Shown here in pieces: positions 1 to 14,055 of a DNA stretch of 64,000 bases. The position numbers were made by a program, and so were the translations under genes. This DNA is from Malacoraja senta (lineage: Eukaryota): positions 7,504,001-7,568,000 of the forward strand of contig CM075993.1 of NCBI GenBank assembly GCA_038087875.1, written 5' to 3'. How positions within the stretch are numbered: position 1 is the first letter of the stretch; each line of letters starts with the position of its first letter. Under the pieces are notes generated by a model. The model did no database searches. It was given only the letters and a program-made list of their open reading frames with translations, and was not told where the DNA came from.

Positions 1-1934
1 ACCTTTGAGTTAAACCAGCATCTGCAGCTCATTCCTACACACTATGTCCCAAGTTGTTCCTGTACAGATACCAAACTGAAATTTACCATGACACTTGCCC
101 GAATAGACCCTGTCCACCATAATAGAGAACAATCATATATAGACAATTACTGCCCAATCAGTCTACTCAATCAATGTGACGGTTTGTATCAAATTGGACC
201 ATAGATGCTGGATTCTGGAACAAAAAACAAAATGCTGGAAGAACTCAACAGCTCCAGCAGCATCTTTGGAAGCAAAATGACTCATGCAGGCTCCAAAAGT
301 CAACTTACAGCTTTTGTTTCTGCAGGTGCTGCTGGATTTAGTTTAGTTTAGTTACAGCATGGACACCGGTCCTTCAGCCCATCTTGTCTGTGCCGAGTTC
401 TATGTTATCCCGGTTTCACATCCTACACACTAGGGGCAATTTACAGAAGCCAATTAACCTACAAACCTGTAAGTCTTTGAATGTGGGAGGGAAATCGGAG
501 CAGTCACGGTGGCGCAGCGGTAGAGTTGCTGCCTTACAGCAAAATGCAGCACCGGAGACCCGGGTTCGATCCTGACTATGGCCGCTGTCTGTACGGAGTT
601 TGTACGTTCCCCGTGACCTGCGTGGGTTTTCTCCGAGATCTTCATTTTCCTCCCACATTCCAAAGACGTACAGGTTTGTCGGTTAATTGGCTTGGTAAAT
701 GTAAAAATTGTCCTGCGTAAAATTGTTCAGCTTCCAGTATAGTCCCTGGTGGACGCTTTGAAAGGTTCAAGGTGCAAGGTACAAGGTACAAGGAGAATAC
801 CCACGCGGTCACAGGGAGAATGTACAACTCCGTACAGATAGCACCCTTAGCCAGGGTCTCTGGCGTTGTAAAGCAGCAACTCTACCGCTGCACCACTGTG
901 CCACTGGCATTTTGTTTTTCCGATGGGATGTTATCAAAATGCTGGTCCACACCCTTTGTGATTTTATACTCCACGATTGAGTCCCCTCTCAACCTCTTCC
1001 TTCCAAGCCCTGCCTATTCAATCTACTGTCTGTGGAATTCTCTGCCTCAGAGGGCGGAGGAGGCAGGTTCTCTGGATGCTTTCAAGAGAGAGCTAGTTGG
1101 GCTCTTAAAAATAGCGGAGTCAGTGGATATGGGGAGAAGGCAGGAACGGGGTACTGATGGGGATGATTGAATGGCGTTGCTGGCTCGAAGGGCCGAATGG
1201 CCTCTCCTGCACCTATTGTCTATTGTCTATCTCTCCTCATGTATAATTTTCTGGTCCTAGCAATGTCCTCTTTAATCTCCTTTCCAGTCCAGTCACCTCT
1301 TTCCAGTACGGTGACAAGAACGGTACATAATACTCAAGCTATGCCCTAACAAACATTGCATTCAAACATAACCCCCATGCCCTTACATTCTAGGTATGAA
1401 TAAACAAAGGAAAACAACCTGCATGCATTTATAATCACCTCATTGACCTGTTTACGGATCCATGGTATTCAGAAACAAGAACGAGAATCTGAAAATTGAG
1501 ACAATGCGGAAACAGGAACCAAGTGCAGGTTGACAGGTGGAGTGAAGAGATCTTGCAGAACAATAGAACAGTGCAGCATAGGACCCTTGGCCCATAATAT
1601 CTGTGCTAACCATGATGCCAAATTAAACTAGTCGCACTGATCTGCATACGATTCATATACTTCCATTCCTTGCATTTTAATTGCAGCGCATTGTTGGCGC
1701 AGCCAAGACCATCACACAAACCAACCTCCCTTCTATTGACTCCATTTATACCTCACGCTGCCTCGGCAAGGACAGCAGCATAATCAAGGGGCAAGTCACA
1801 CCCTGGCCACTCCCTCTTCTCTAGTATAGAAGTGTATGGAAAGCGCGCGCCTCCAGATTCATGGACAGTTTCTTCCCACCAGGCAACAGAATGATCCGAC
1901 CACAACCAGAGAGCAGTGCTGAACTACTATCTAC

Positions 1935-2333
1935 CAAGATCCTATAGGCGAAGCAAGATAGACCACTCCTTCTAAACGCAATGGGCTGACGTGTAGTACG
2001 CAACGGAGCGGAACGTGGGCCTTTTTTTCATCCATTCAGTAACCCGACCCGACTCGCAGTGTAAGCAACGTTGCCAGGGGAACAGTTTGTGTTAATAAAT
2101 TATAATTCTGAAAATGAGGAGAAGATTTTTACCAAAGAATTTTGATTTTTACGAGGATGTTTCCGTAATCGGCTTCCGTCTCTGCACTAGTATCTTTGCT
2201 CCGCTATGGGACCTTTGGTGCGGAGACGGAAGCCGGTTACAGAAATGGGGCCGGAAATTACCCATGAATCTGTCCATGACCGTACTACGTCTTTTTCGTC
2301 GAGTGATCTGTCTTGCTTGCTATAGGACCTTTG
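1935..2333. mobile_element. hAT-like MITE
   Basis: Imperfect ~33-bp TIRs caagatcctatag.../...ctataggacctttg; 8-bp TSD ctatctac; inserted in a Rex1 3' fragment. Confidence 0.88.
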
Positions 2334-5300
2334 CTATCTACCTCGTTGGTGATCCTCGGACTATCCTTGATCGGAATCTGCTGGCTTTATCTTGCACTAA
2401 ACGTTATTCCCTTATCATTGTATCAATACACTGTAATTGGCTCGATTGTAATCATGTATTGTCTTTCTGTTGACTGGATAGCATGCTACAAAAGCTTTTC
2501 ACTCTACCTCGGTACATGTGGCAATAAACTAAACTGAACTGAACTTTAATGTGCCTGTCTAAATTCCTCTTAAACATTGCCACCACAGAACATAGAAAAT
2601 AGGTGAAGGAGTAGGCCATTCGGCCCTTCGAGCCAGCACCGTCATTTAATATGATCATGGCTGATCGTCCAGAATCAAGACCCCGTTCCTGCTTTCTCCC
2701 CTATCCCTTGATTCCGTTAGCTCTAAGAGCTAAATCTAACTCTCTCTAAGAGAGTTCCACAGAAAATACAAGGTGCAGAGTATCGCTGTGGTTAGTTCTT
2801 TCCACCTGGTGTACAATGCCAGGAGGAGTGGCACGGTGCCGGTGAGCGAGCTGGGAGCTCACTTCCCAGCGCCCTCGGAGACGCTCCGGGTGTTCTGAGG
2901 CCGGCAACGGGAGGCGCCCTGGCGCAGAGTCGGAGCGCTGGCCGTGGGAAGCCGTGTTCGTGGGTCAAGCTGTTGGCAGAGTAGTATTAGGCCACGACAG
3001 GCCCTGCTGCAGCCAGGGGGTCGATTGGAATGGGCACCACAGGATGCCCCACAGAAGCTTTGTGTGCGGATTTGGATGCGGCCTGGCATGTCTTTCACGC
3101 ACAGGGCTGCGTGGAAGACATCGACAACATCACCTGGCCAGGCTGACCACCACAACACTGACCCAATGCCATCACAAGGACACAGGAAGACTACATTTTT
3201 AAGAACTGAAATGAAACTTGAAGGATAAAAAATGGCACCAGCAACACTTGCGTACTGCCTCAGTGTAATCTACTATTCTTAAACGCTTGTACTAAAATAT
3301 GATTGTGCTTATGAATACAAGATTTTCACTGGTGTATACCATAAAGGAATTTCACTGTACCTAGGTATATATTGCAATAAAGTACCAAAGGGATGTACAG
3401 GAGGTGCTACCTCAAAAAAGCAGCCAGCATCATCAGAAACCCATACCACCCAAACCACACACGCATTTCACTCCTAACATTGGGGCGAGGTATAGGAGCT
3501 TGAAAAGTGTAATGTGTAGGAAGGAATTGAACATGCTAATTTAAACCGAAGATAGACACAAAATGTTGGAGTTAACTCAGCGGGACAGGCAGCATCTTTG
3601 GAGAGAAGGAATGGGTGACGTTTCAGGTCGAGACCCTTCTACAGACTGAGAGTCAGGGGAGAAGGAAACAAGAGATATGGAATGTTTAAGAAGGAACTGC
3701 AGATGCTGGAAAATCGAAGGTAGACAAAAGTGCTGGAGAAACTCAGCGGGTGCGGCAGCATCTATGGAGCGAAGGAAATAGGCGACGTTTCGGGCCGAAA
3801 CCCTTCTTCGAAACTTTTCGGCCCAAAACGTCGCCTATTTCTTCGCTCCATAGATGCTGCCGCACCCGCTGAGTTTCTCCAACACTTTTGTCTACCCAAG
3901 AGATATGGAATGGTAAGGTGTGAAAACGAGAGAACTACATAGACTTGGGTGTTTACAGAGTAATACGTTTACATATCTGTCGTTCTGCTCCATGTAAGAA
4001 TTTCATTGTCCCGTTTCAGGACATATGACAATAAAACACTCTTGGCGCATCTTGAAGCAACCCGCACAACTTGAATTCTCACAGCCAAAATAAATGGAGA
4101 AATCTTGTTCAGATACAGGAGGCCAAATAACTGGAGTAGGAAGTGGTAATTTTCACACATACTCCTGAAAATGGTGGCAGACAGATGTTGCCAGGGCGAG
4201 TCAACAAAGCTTTGTTCTCCATTCCTTACACCAAGGATCAAAGTGAGAACATGTATTCTGTGGGCGCCAGCATTCGTCAGCTCAATAAACAGTAATTTCA
4301 GGCAACCAAACACACTAAAGTTGAAGGACGTTTTTGTGAATGAGCAACTTTCATCTAATATCTTTTTTATGGAATGAAACCTCAGCAGTAATGAGGCCAG
4401 TGGCAAGGAAGCTTCTCTTTACGCAAGTAGGCAATAAGCCCAAGGATTTTATGGTCCTAAAATAAATAATATTTCCATGTTTCATTTTGCCTTTGCATCG
4501 GAAGTTTCAATAGCAAATGACAAGAGAAAATGCCTGCCCATCTTGGTGCCCATTTAAATCAAAAGAATCTTCTTTGATGTCTCGTTTTCACACCTTACCC
4601 TTCCATATCTCTGTGCCTCCCTCTCTCGACTCTGTCAGAAGTAGCATCTCGACCCGAAACGTCACCCATTCCTTCTCTCCCAGAGATGCTGCCTGTCCCG
4701 TCTGAGTTACTCCAGCATTTTGTATCTATCTATGATTAACTACAGCTACTCCTCACACTGGGCATGCAAACTATTAACACATACGTGGGTGTATGAACTC
4801 AGCAGATCAGGCAGCATCTGTAGAGGGAAATGGACATGTGGCGTTTCAGGTCCCAACCCGAAATGGCGTCTGTCCACCTCCAGGTTCAGGAACAGCTTCT
4901 TCCCAACAACCATCGGGCCCTTGACCTACACAAGAAATATGTTATATATTTATAAAATATATCTTTTTCTTATGTATCCTTTACAGATATAAATAATAGC
5001 TGAATCTGTTTTGATGCATTTGGCGCTGTGTGTGTGTCTGTACACACACACACACAACACACAGAAGTCCCCTGTTCTTTTCAAAACAATGCAGTGGAAT
5101 AATTCACATTGGCACGAGAGGAGAGACGAGTCTTCAGTGTCCTCTGCAAGACCAGGTGTCTGATCTATCGGTAGAACATCAGATGCTAGTTTAAACCGAA
5201 GATAGACACAAAAAGCTAGAGTGATGCAGCAGGTTAGACAGCACCGCTGGAGAAAAGGAATAGGGTTTTTTTCAGCTAACAATGATCTATTCTACTCATT

Positions 5301-7129
5301 TTTCCTTGATCTCCATTCCCTTTGTCTTGCTTTCACACCTTATACTTCCTTATTTAGGATCTCCCTCTCCCCTGACATGTCTGAAGAAGGGTCTCGACCC
5401 CAAACGTCACCCATTCCTTTCTCTCCAGAGATGCTGCCTGTCCCACTGAGTTACTCCAGCATTTTGTGTCTATCTCAGGTTCTTTTTCTTCTTCCTTTTC
5501 TCCAGAGATGCTGTCTGACCCACTGAGTTACTCCAAGCTTCTTGTGTCTATCAAGTGCCTGATCTGCCGTGTTCCCTCAGCTTTGAAGCATCAACCACTG
5601 GCGGATTATCTGGGGTGAGATTCCAGAACACCACTACGAGATGAACGAGCTTCATACAGAGCGGCGTGCAACACATATGGGCGATTACCCGGCTACTTTT
5701 GCTTCGTGTTCAGAACGCTGCGCAAGGAGCTTCATCAGCAACATTCGCACTTCAGTGTGTGTGGACCGGAGTCTGCTCCAGCGAGGATGGCAACAGATCT
5801 GGTTATGACGAGTATAAATCCTTCAATATAACTACATGGTGCTTAAGTAGTGTTTTCTTTTCATCAGCACTTTTCCCCCTCACACTTGCCTGTACTTGGA
5901 TTAATTTAGAATGTAATAATTCATTTCGGAATGAATTCTGACACTTCCCCTCGCTCTCACCAAGACGCTGCAACCTGCTGTTTACAATATTGAAGCTCTC
6001 ACGATGTGACTGTAACATTGGACACAGAAGAGACATTAAAATTTGTCACAACAGACCCATCTGTTCTTGCAGAGGGGACATCTCAACCACGACAGGTAGA
6101 GAATTCTCTTGCAAGACCGTACTCAATGTTACTAACAAGACATTGTTTCAGAAGACTGTCAATTGAAGGGCTCGCTTGAAGCCACGCTTGGAGCAATGTC
6201 AAGGGCCCCTTTACTTCCTGCCTCTCCCAAACAAATAACACGGCACTGACTGTGTTACCATTTGGTGATCAATGAAGAAAGTTCGCGACCCAAATCGTCA
6301 CCCATTCCTTCTCTCCAGAGATGCTGCCTGACCCGCTGAGTTACTCCAGCGTTTTGTGTCTACATTTGGTGATCACTATGGGTGTTACCACCTGATCATT
6401 CTACAGAACAGCACAGCAGCGCAACTGTTAGAGCCGCTGCCTCAGCGCTGGAGACCCGAGTTTGATCTTGACTTTGAGTGCTGTCCGAGTGGAGTTTGCA
6501 CGTGCTCCTTGTGACCATGTGGGTTTCCTCCAGGTGCTCCTTCCACACCCCAATGGCGTGCGGGTTTGTAGGTTAATTGCCCTCAGTAAAATCGCCCCTA
6601 GTGTGCAGAGAGTGGATGCGAAAGTGGGATAACGTAGAACTAGTGCGAATGGGTCGACAAAAAGCTAGAGTAACTCAGCAGATCAGGCAGCACCTCTGGA
6701 GAAAAGGTATAGGCGACGTTTCTTCAGAAGTGAACTGCTGATCGATGGTCAGCGTGGACACGGTGAGCAGAAGGGCTTGTTTCCATGCTGTATCGAGCAA
6801 TCAATCATTCCATGTTTCAGCACCAGCAGTACGGCTAACCAAGGCAAGTGGTGTAATCTCATCTAGAGTTCAGAAGTTGCCACTCCTAGGTATTTATGGC
6901 AATAAGCATATTTTGCATTCCTTACTGGATTCAAATATTACCAACTGTGGAGGGAACCTCAGACTTATATCATGCAACCTTAAGAAGACATGATCTGCTG
7001 AAGAGAGGAAACATTCATAGGCCTGCAAGTGGAACCAAGCACGTCCGCTATGTAGACTGAAATGAAAGCCCAGGGGAACAAAAGTTCATGGGAGGGTATT
7101 TCTGCTCTAGCTACTCATAGTCAACACTG

Positions 7130-7998
7130 AGCTATAGGGAGAGGTTGAGCAGGCTAGGCTAGGACTGTATTCCTTGGAGCGCAGGAAGCTGAGGGGTGAT
7201 CTTATAGAGGTGTGTAAAATCATGAGAGGAATAGATCGGGTAGGCACACAGAGTCTCTTGCCGAGACTAGGGGAAGAGAACCAGAGAACGTTGGTTTAAG
7301 GTGAGAGAATGGAGCAGCTGGGCTTGTACACTCTGGAGTTTAGAAGGATGAGAGGGTATCGCATTGAAACAATAAGATTGTTAAGGGCTTGGACACACTA
7401 GAGGCAGGAACATGTTCCCGATGTTGGGGGAGTCCAGAACCAGGGGCCACAGTTTAAGAATAAGGAGTAAGCCATTTAGAACGGAGACGAGGAAACACTT
7501 TTTCTCACAGAGAGTGGTGAGTCTGTGGAATTCTCTGCCTCAGTGGGCGGTGGAGGCAGGTTCTCTGGATGCTTTCAAGAGAGAGCTAGATAGGGCTCTT
7601 AAAAATAGCGGAGTCAAGGGGATATGGGGAGAAGGCAGGAACGGGGTACTGATTGGGGATGATCAGCCATGATCACGTTGAATGGCGGTGCTGGCTCGAA
7701 GGGCCAAATGGCCTACTCCTGCACCTATTGTCTATTGTGAGAGGGGAAAGATGTAATAGGAATCTGAGGGATAACTTATTCACAAAAGAAAGTGGTGGGT
7801 GTATGGAACGAGTTGCCAGAGTAGTTGGGGCAGGTACTTTTGCAACGTTTGAGAAACATTTAGACAGGTCCAAAGGGCAGGTTTAGAGGGATATGGGCCA
7901 AACGCAGCCAGGTGGGACTAGTATAGATGGGACCTGTTGGCCGGTGTGGGCAAGTTGGGCCGAAGGGGTTGTTTCCACACTGTTCGACTCTGTGACTC
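7130..7998 (+). mobile_element. Nested CR1 3' fragments
   Basis: ESRTRGHSLRIR..PFRTE.RKHFFSQRVV.LWNSLP and ggccgaatggcctactcctgcacc-type tail inside an older CR1. Confidence 0.88.
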
Positions 7999-8409
7999 TA
8001 ATACTAAACTAGGAAGATTGTGTGTCCAATAGCACAGCCCTGCCACCGGGTCAATAATAAATAGAGGATCGTGTAATCAATGGTCAGGGCACGACTTAGA
8101 TTCTCAGTTTCCTGTTTTAAACCAAAGTCCAATCTTGCACTACATTTGAACCCTCCCGTGACATTTTATTTCAGCTATTAACGTTCACTGGAACCTTGTC
8201 AAAACCTTACTGAAATTCAGGTTATTAACTGTATTTCCTTGTCCACCTTCAAAGGAACAGTCTCAGCTTTGTTAAACGTGCCATTCCAGTATATCGGCAG
8301 ACTTATTATAATCCATTATCCCTCACAAGCCCAGTAACTTTTCCCCTTCCATCTCCACCTATTCTTCTGCCACCTAGCTATACCAGGGTGCTTTTTATTG
8401 TAGCCAATT

Positions 8410-9085
8410 CAGTTTGGTTTAGATTATTGCCACGTGCACCAAGGTCCAGTGAAAGCCTTTTGTTGCGTGCTAACCAGTCGGCAGAAGGAGAATACATGAT
8501 CACAATCGAGCCGTCCGCAGTGTACAGAAATGTGATAAAGGGAATAATATTTAGCGCATTAGATAATGTCCAGTAAAGCCTGATTAAGGATAGTCCAAGG
8601 ATCACCAATGAGGTAGATAGCTACTTATGGCCGCTCTCTAGTTGTTGATAGAATGGTTCAATTGCCTGAGAGCAGCTGGGGAGAAACTGTCCCTGAATCT
8701 GGAGGTGTCTGAAGAAGGGTCTCGACCTATTCCTTCGCTCCTCAGATGCTGCCTCACCCGCTGAGTTTCTCCAGCATTTTTATCATCTACCCTGAATCTG
8801 GAGGTGTGTGTTTTCACACTTTTGTACCTCTTGCCTGATGGGAGACTGGAGACGAGTGAGTTACCGGAGTGAGACTTGATTATGCTGTTGACCTTGCCAA
8901 AGCAGCATGAAATGTAGATGAGGTCAATGGAAGGGAGGCTGGTTTGTGTGATGGTCTGGGCTGCATCCACAATTCTCTGCAAATTCCTTGTGGTCTTGGA
9001 TGGAGCGGTTCCCAAACTGTGCCACGATGCATCCCAATAAAATGCTGTTCGAGTTGTTGGGGACATGCCGAACTTCCTAATCACT
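8410..9085 (-). mobile_element. Rex1-like 3' fragment
   Basis: LQRIVDAAQTIT...LPSGKRYKSVKTHTSRFR; tttcactg..cct.ggt.cacgtg.caataa tail. Confidence 0.8.
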
Positions 9086-9905
9086 GTTGCAATTTTGTTG
9101 CAACCAAATTACACAGTGAAGTGCAAATGGAGTCAATGAAGGGAGGTTGGTTTACTTAGCAGCACAACTTTCGGGTGTGAAAAGATACTGGAGCCACCGG
9201 GCGAAACCCATGCACTCACTCTGACGACAGCACCACTGTACTGCCCTACTTCTCCAAGATTTCTTCTCAATGATTAATTGAAAGATACAGCAAGGAAATA
9301 AGCCCTTCGGACCAACGGGACCACACAGACTATCGTGCACCCATTCCCACTTGTTCTATGTTATCCCACTTTCTCATCTACTCCCGATGTGGGAGGAAAC
9401 CGTAGCACCCTACGCGGTCACAGGAGGAACATGCAAACTCCACACAGTCAGCACCCAAGGTCAGGATCAAACCTGGGTCTCTGGAGCATGGAGGCAGTAG
9501 CTTCAATAGCTGTGCAACTGTGTCACCTGTACAATGACTAGACAATGCAGTCGCAATGTGAGATCTCTCCTCCTACTGCAAAGCTCCCATCCCTGGGACT
9601 ATTCTCGTGACCCGTTGCCACACGGCTTCCATGGCAAGCACACCCTTTCTTAGATCAGGAGACCAAAACTGGAAGCAATACCCAAGGTCCTTGACCATTG
9701 ATTGTCCAAGAATTTTGCGCAATACAAAACAAACCTTCTGGACAATTCTGAGAAAAATCCAGAAGACAAATACGGAAAGGCCTAATGCAACACCATGGCC
9801 TAAAAATCCATCAGGCGAGAATGAAATGCTCGGAGAAGGAGAAAGAGGTGCAGCGCACAGGCTTTGAACCTGGTGAGACGCAGGAGGAGCTCGGCCAGGA
9901 CTCAC

Positions 9906-9948
9906 CCCACAGAACCCAGTCCCTCCACGCACTAGAATCTCCCAACCC
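9906..9948 (-). other. Possible small non-coding exon of the gene starting at ~21800 (alternative donor at 9734)
   Basis: ctctgcag|GGG acceptor and GGG|gtgagt donor in non-repetitive sequence; no coding support. Confidence 0.25.
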
Positions 9949-9960
9949 CTGCAGAGTAGT

Positions 9961-10130
9961 TATTAAGATGGCTGATCCGTGGGCGGTTGCTGCTGGGATG
10001 CAAGTCGGGGCTTGATCAACCCCGACTGGGTCGCCTGGGCGAGGGTGTCTGATGTTGTGAGACCCGAAACACCCGATGACCCCAGATCACATCATTGAGG
10101 ATGCGTCCCAACGCATCTAGAAGATGTATA
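9961..10130 (+). mobile_element. 3' end of a HERO-like (R2/NeSL group) non-LTR retrotransposon
   Basis: IKMADPWAVAAGMQVGA* followed by gggtcgcctgggcgagggtgtctgatg...gacccgaaacacccgatgacccc, recalled as the HERO 3' end. Confidence 0.6.
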
Positions 10131-11709
10131 TTTTTCACACTTTCACAGAAGAAATAAAATGCTGGAGTCACTCAGCAGGTCAGGCAGCATCCTGGACATT
10201 GGAGTTACTGAACCAGGCCGTGATACAGTCAGTCAATGTGCTCTCTACCATACACATGTAGAAGTTTGATCGAGTATTCGGCAAGATCCCGAACTTCCTC
10301 AATCTTCTAAGGAAGTGGAGGCGTTGATGAGCCGTCTTTGTGGTGGCATCACAAAGAAACAAATGTGTACAATTCCCACCCCACACCTGCCACAAACAGA
10401 GCAAACATCACAGGAGCAAATCATGCCCAACTTCTTCATCCCAACTTCAGCTTGTGGCACTGAGCCATTCTACCCACCAGATCACACAGAACTGGGACCA
10501 CCAACAGCTCACCAACCACCTAGGAATAACCCCAACCTGAAGCCCTTCACAAGTTGTCAAATATATTTTTTGAAGCTGAATAACTGGAATTAAATTCTTT
10601 GGTAAAATGAACATGCCAAGTTTGGTCAATGTTTTGTCATTGAGCTGTACAACAGGCCCTTCGGCCCATCCTGTCCTTGCTGACCAAATTGGAATATTGG
10701 GCTGGTCCCACTTGGCCCGCAGTTCTCTAAACCCTTCCTGTCCATACATCGGCCCAAATGTCTTCTATAAGTCAATTGCATCCCCCTCTATAGCTTCCTC
10801 TGGCTCCTCATTCCAGACTAATCATTTAGACTGTAAGGAAGCACACATTAGGATTAAAATAAGTTTGCAATTGGTCATAAAACTGGTCCTGGGGCTGATA
10901 GCGAGGAAGCAAGGCTAAAGGATAGAGAGAAGGTCTGAGCAGTTGGGCAGAAAACCAGCAATTGAAACATCATTGAGAGAAGTGTGAGTAATGCATTTGG
11001 GAAGGTGCAAAAAAAAGGGTGTGGAAATATAAAATTAATGGTAAGATAATGAATGATGCAGAGGAACAGAAGGTTCTTGGAGCATTTGTCCTCAGATCCT
11101 TAAAATGTAGAACAGGTCATTAAACTGGGTTTTTTAAGGCCTAAGGGACACTTTGCTTTATTAGTTAATACACTGAATGCAAAAGTAAAAGGATAACCTG
11201 TGTCGGTGATGGGATAAGTCCCTGAATCAATATTTTACAACCCGACCCAAAAAGGTCGCTATTCCATGTTCTCCAGAGAGGCTGCCCGAGGGCAGCAGTG
11301 GCACAGAGTCGCTGCGCCAGAAACCCAGGTTCAATCCCGACTATGGGTGCTGTCTGTGTGGAGTTTGTACGTTCTGCCTGTGAAGAAGGGTTTTCTCTGG
11401 GTGCTCAGGTTTCCACCCACACTCCAAAAACGTATAGGTTTGTAGTTTAATTGGCTTTGGTGTAATTGTAAATAATCCCTGGTGTACAGGATAGTTTTAG
11501 TGTACGGGGATCGCTGGTCGTCGCGGACCTGGTGGGCCAAAAGGTCTGTATCGCTGAAGTCTAATGTTTAAACTGTCTTCATGGTGACCTCCCAGCCAAG
11601 GAGGAACAGAGGGAAATAGTAGATGAGAGAAACTCAATCCTGGACCTTTTGTTTTAAATAAATCCATTGTTAGTCTGCATTGTTAAGCAAGCCAAGGTAG
11701 AGATATTAG

Positions 11710-12922
11710 ACAACAATGCTGGAGAAACTCAGCGGGTGAGGCAGCATCTATGGAGGAAAGGAGTAGGCGACGTTTTGGGTCGAGACCCTTCTTCAGACTG
11801 ATGTCGGGGGGTGGGGGACGGGAAAAAGAAAGGAAGAGGCAGAGCAGAGACAGTAGGCTACGTGGGAGAGCTGGGAAGGGGGAGGGGAAGGAGGGAGAAA
11901 GCAAGGACTACCTGAAATTAGAGAAGTCGATGTTCATACCGCTTGGTGTTCCAGACCAGGGCATCGGAGATGTCCTCATTCTTTAGGAAATGTGGGTTCC
12001 CCTCTTCTAATATTGATGAGGCTGTCACCAAGGTCTCCTCTATATCCTGCAGCTCCGCTCTTACTCCCCTTCCTCATACTCATAACAAGGAGAGTCCCCC
12101 TTGTCCTCGCCTTCCACCCCATCTGTCGGTGCATACAGAATATAATCCTCCGACATTTTTGCCACCTCCAGGGAGATCCTACCACTGGCCACATCTTCCC
12201 ATCTCCTCCCCTTTCTGCTTTCCATAGAGACCGTTCCCTCTGTAACTCCCTGGTCAATTCGCCCCTTCCCACCCAGACCACCCCCTCCCCTGGTACTTTC
12301 CCCTGCAACCGCAGGAAATGCTACACCTGTCGCTTTACCTCCCCCCCTCGACTCCATCCAAGGAGTCTTTCCAGGTGCCGCAGAGGTTCACCTGCACCTC
12401 CTCCAACCTCATCTACTGCATCCCCTGTCGAAGGTGTCACCTTCTCTACATCGGCGAGACCAAGCGTAGGCTCGGCGACCGCTTCGCCCAACACCTCCGC
12501 TCAGTTTATACTATCCAACCTGATCTCCCGGTTGCCCAGCACTTCAACCCCCCCTCCCATTCTGAATCTGACCTTTCTGTCCTCGGCATCCTCCATTGCC
12601 AGAGTGAGGCCCAGCATAAATTGGAGGAGCAGCACCTCATATTTCGCTTGGGTAGTTTACACCCCAGTGGTATAAACATTGACTTCTCCAATTTCAGGTA
12701 GTCCTTGCTTTCTCCCTCCTTCCCCTCCCCTTCCCAGCTCTCCCACATAGCCTACTGTCTCCGCCTCTTCCTTTCTTTTTCCCGACATCAGTCTGAAGAA
12801 GGGTCTCGACCCGAAACGTCACCTACTCCTTTTCTCCATAGATGCTGCCTCACCCGCTGAGTTTCTCCAGCATTGTTTGTCTACTTTCCATTTCTCCAGC
12901 ATCTGCAGTTCCTTCTTAAACA
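11710..12922 (+). mobile_element. Penelope-like element 3' part (GIY-YIG endonuclease) with inverted pseudo-LTR
   Basis: SSNLIYCIPC..C..LYIGETKRRLGDRFAQH...PVAQHF...LHPSGIN; 11710-11945 is an inverted copy of the 3' end (~12660-12880). Confidence 0.93.
12793..12820 (+). ncRNA. Minimal hammerhead-ribozyme-like core in the Penelope pseudo-LTR
   Basis: CTGAAGA-A-GGGTctcgACCC-GAAAC-GTC: conserved CUGANGA/GAAA/GUC core, stem II, palindromic ACGT helix III; helix I only ~2 bp. Confidence 0.6.
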
Positions 12923-13540
12923 AAACTTGTAGAGATATTGTTCTCTTTGAGCTGCCATTTCTAGGTCACCATCATAGGGACTAATACTTCGGATTTTCCA
13001 GCATCTGCAGTTCCTTCTTAAACACAAGGGACTAATACTCTGCCTGGGAATCACTAAGATCTGTAAATGTACAATTTATGTTCAACTACAATGTGAGTGC
13101 ATTCCAGAGAACTTTAAGTTCATGTTTAGTTTATTCTCAAGATTCAGGTCCTTCGGCCCACTTGTCAGTACCGACCAATAATCACCCGTACACTAGTTTT
13201 ATCCGACACACTAGGGACAATCTACAGAAGCCAATAAACCTACATGTCGAAGGAATGTGGGAGGAAACCGGAGAAAACCCAAGCAGGCACAGGGAGGACA
13301 TACAAACAGACGTGGTTCATTACATGTCACAGCTAGAGACAGAGGCACAGCAACAAATAGCACTGTGCCATCTCCGTCCCTCTGATAAGTCGCACATACT
13401 ACATACATATGTATTTATATAAGAATTTAGCCAAAGGTCTTTCAGAGAGCTGTGGGACAGAATTTGACTTTAAGCAATCCATGGGACAAGCACCTTTATC
13501 ATCTTCATCTCCTCTTATACTAACACTAACACCCATCCAA

Positions 13541-14055
13541 TCAAAGGTACACAAAAATGCTGGAGAAACTCAGCGGGTGCAGCAGCATCTATGGAGCGAA
13601 GGAAATAGGCAACGTTTCGGGCCGAAACCCTTCTTCAGACTGATAAGGAGTGGAGGGAGGCGGGGAGAAGAAAGGAAAAAGGAGGAGGAGCCTGAGGGCT
13701 GAGGGTGAGGTAGGAAGGGGAGGAGACAGCAAGGGTTAACAGAATTGTGAGAATTCAATGTTCATGCCACCAGGATGCAGACTCCCCAAGCGGAATATGA
13801 GGTGCATTTCCTCCAATTTCCGGTGTTGCTCGCTCTGGCCATGGAGCAGACCCAGGACAGAGAGGTCAGATACGGAATGGGAGGGGGAGTTGAAGTGCTG
13901 AGCCACCGGGAGGTCAGGTTGGTTAGTGCGGACCAAGCGGAGGTGTTCGGCGAAACGATCGCCAAGCCTACGCTTGGTCTCACCGATATAGATTGGCAAA
14001 CCTATTTAGCAGCGGATGCAATAGATGAGGTTGGAGGAGGTGCAGGTGAACCTCA
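13541..14055 (-). mobile_element. Penelope-like element 3' fragment (GIY-YIG)
   Basis: IYIGETKRRLGDRFAEH...PVAQHFN...LHPGGMN followed by the same 3' terminus. Confidence 0.9.

Noticed and set aside
3969..4406. 145-aa minus-strand ORF as a host exon
   Set aside because: No convincing splice-site pair or recognisable domain; it ends in a repeat tail
5803..6036. 77-aa minus-strand ORF as a host exon
   Set aside because: No recognisable homology or phase-linked neighbouring exons
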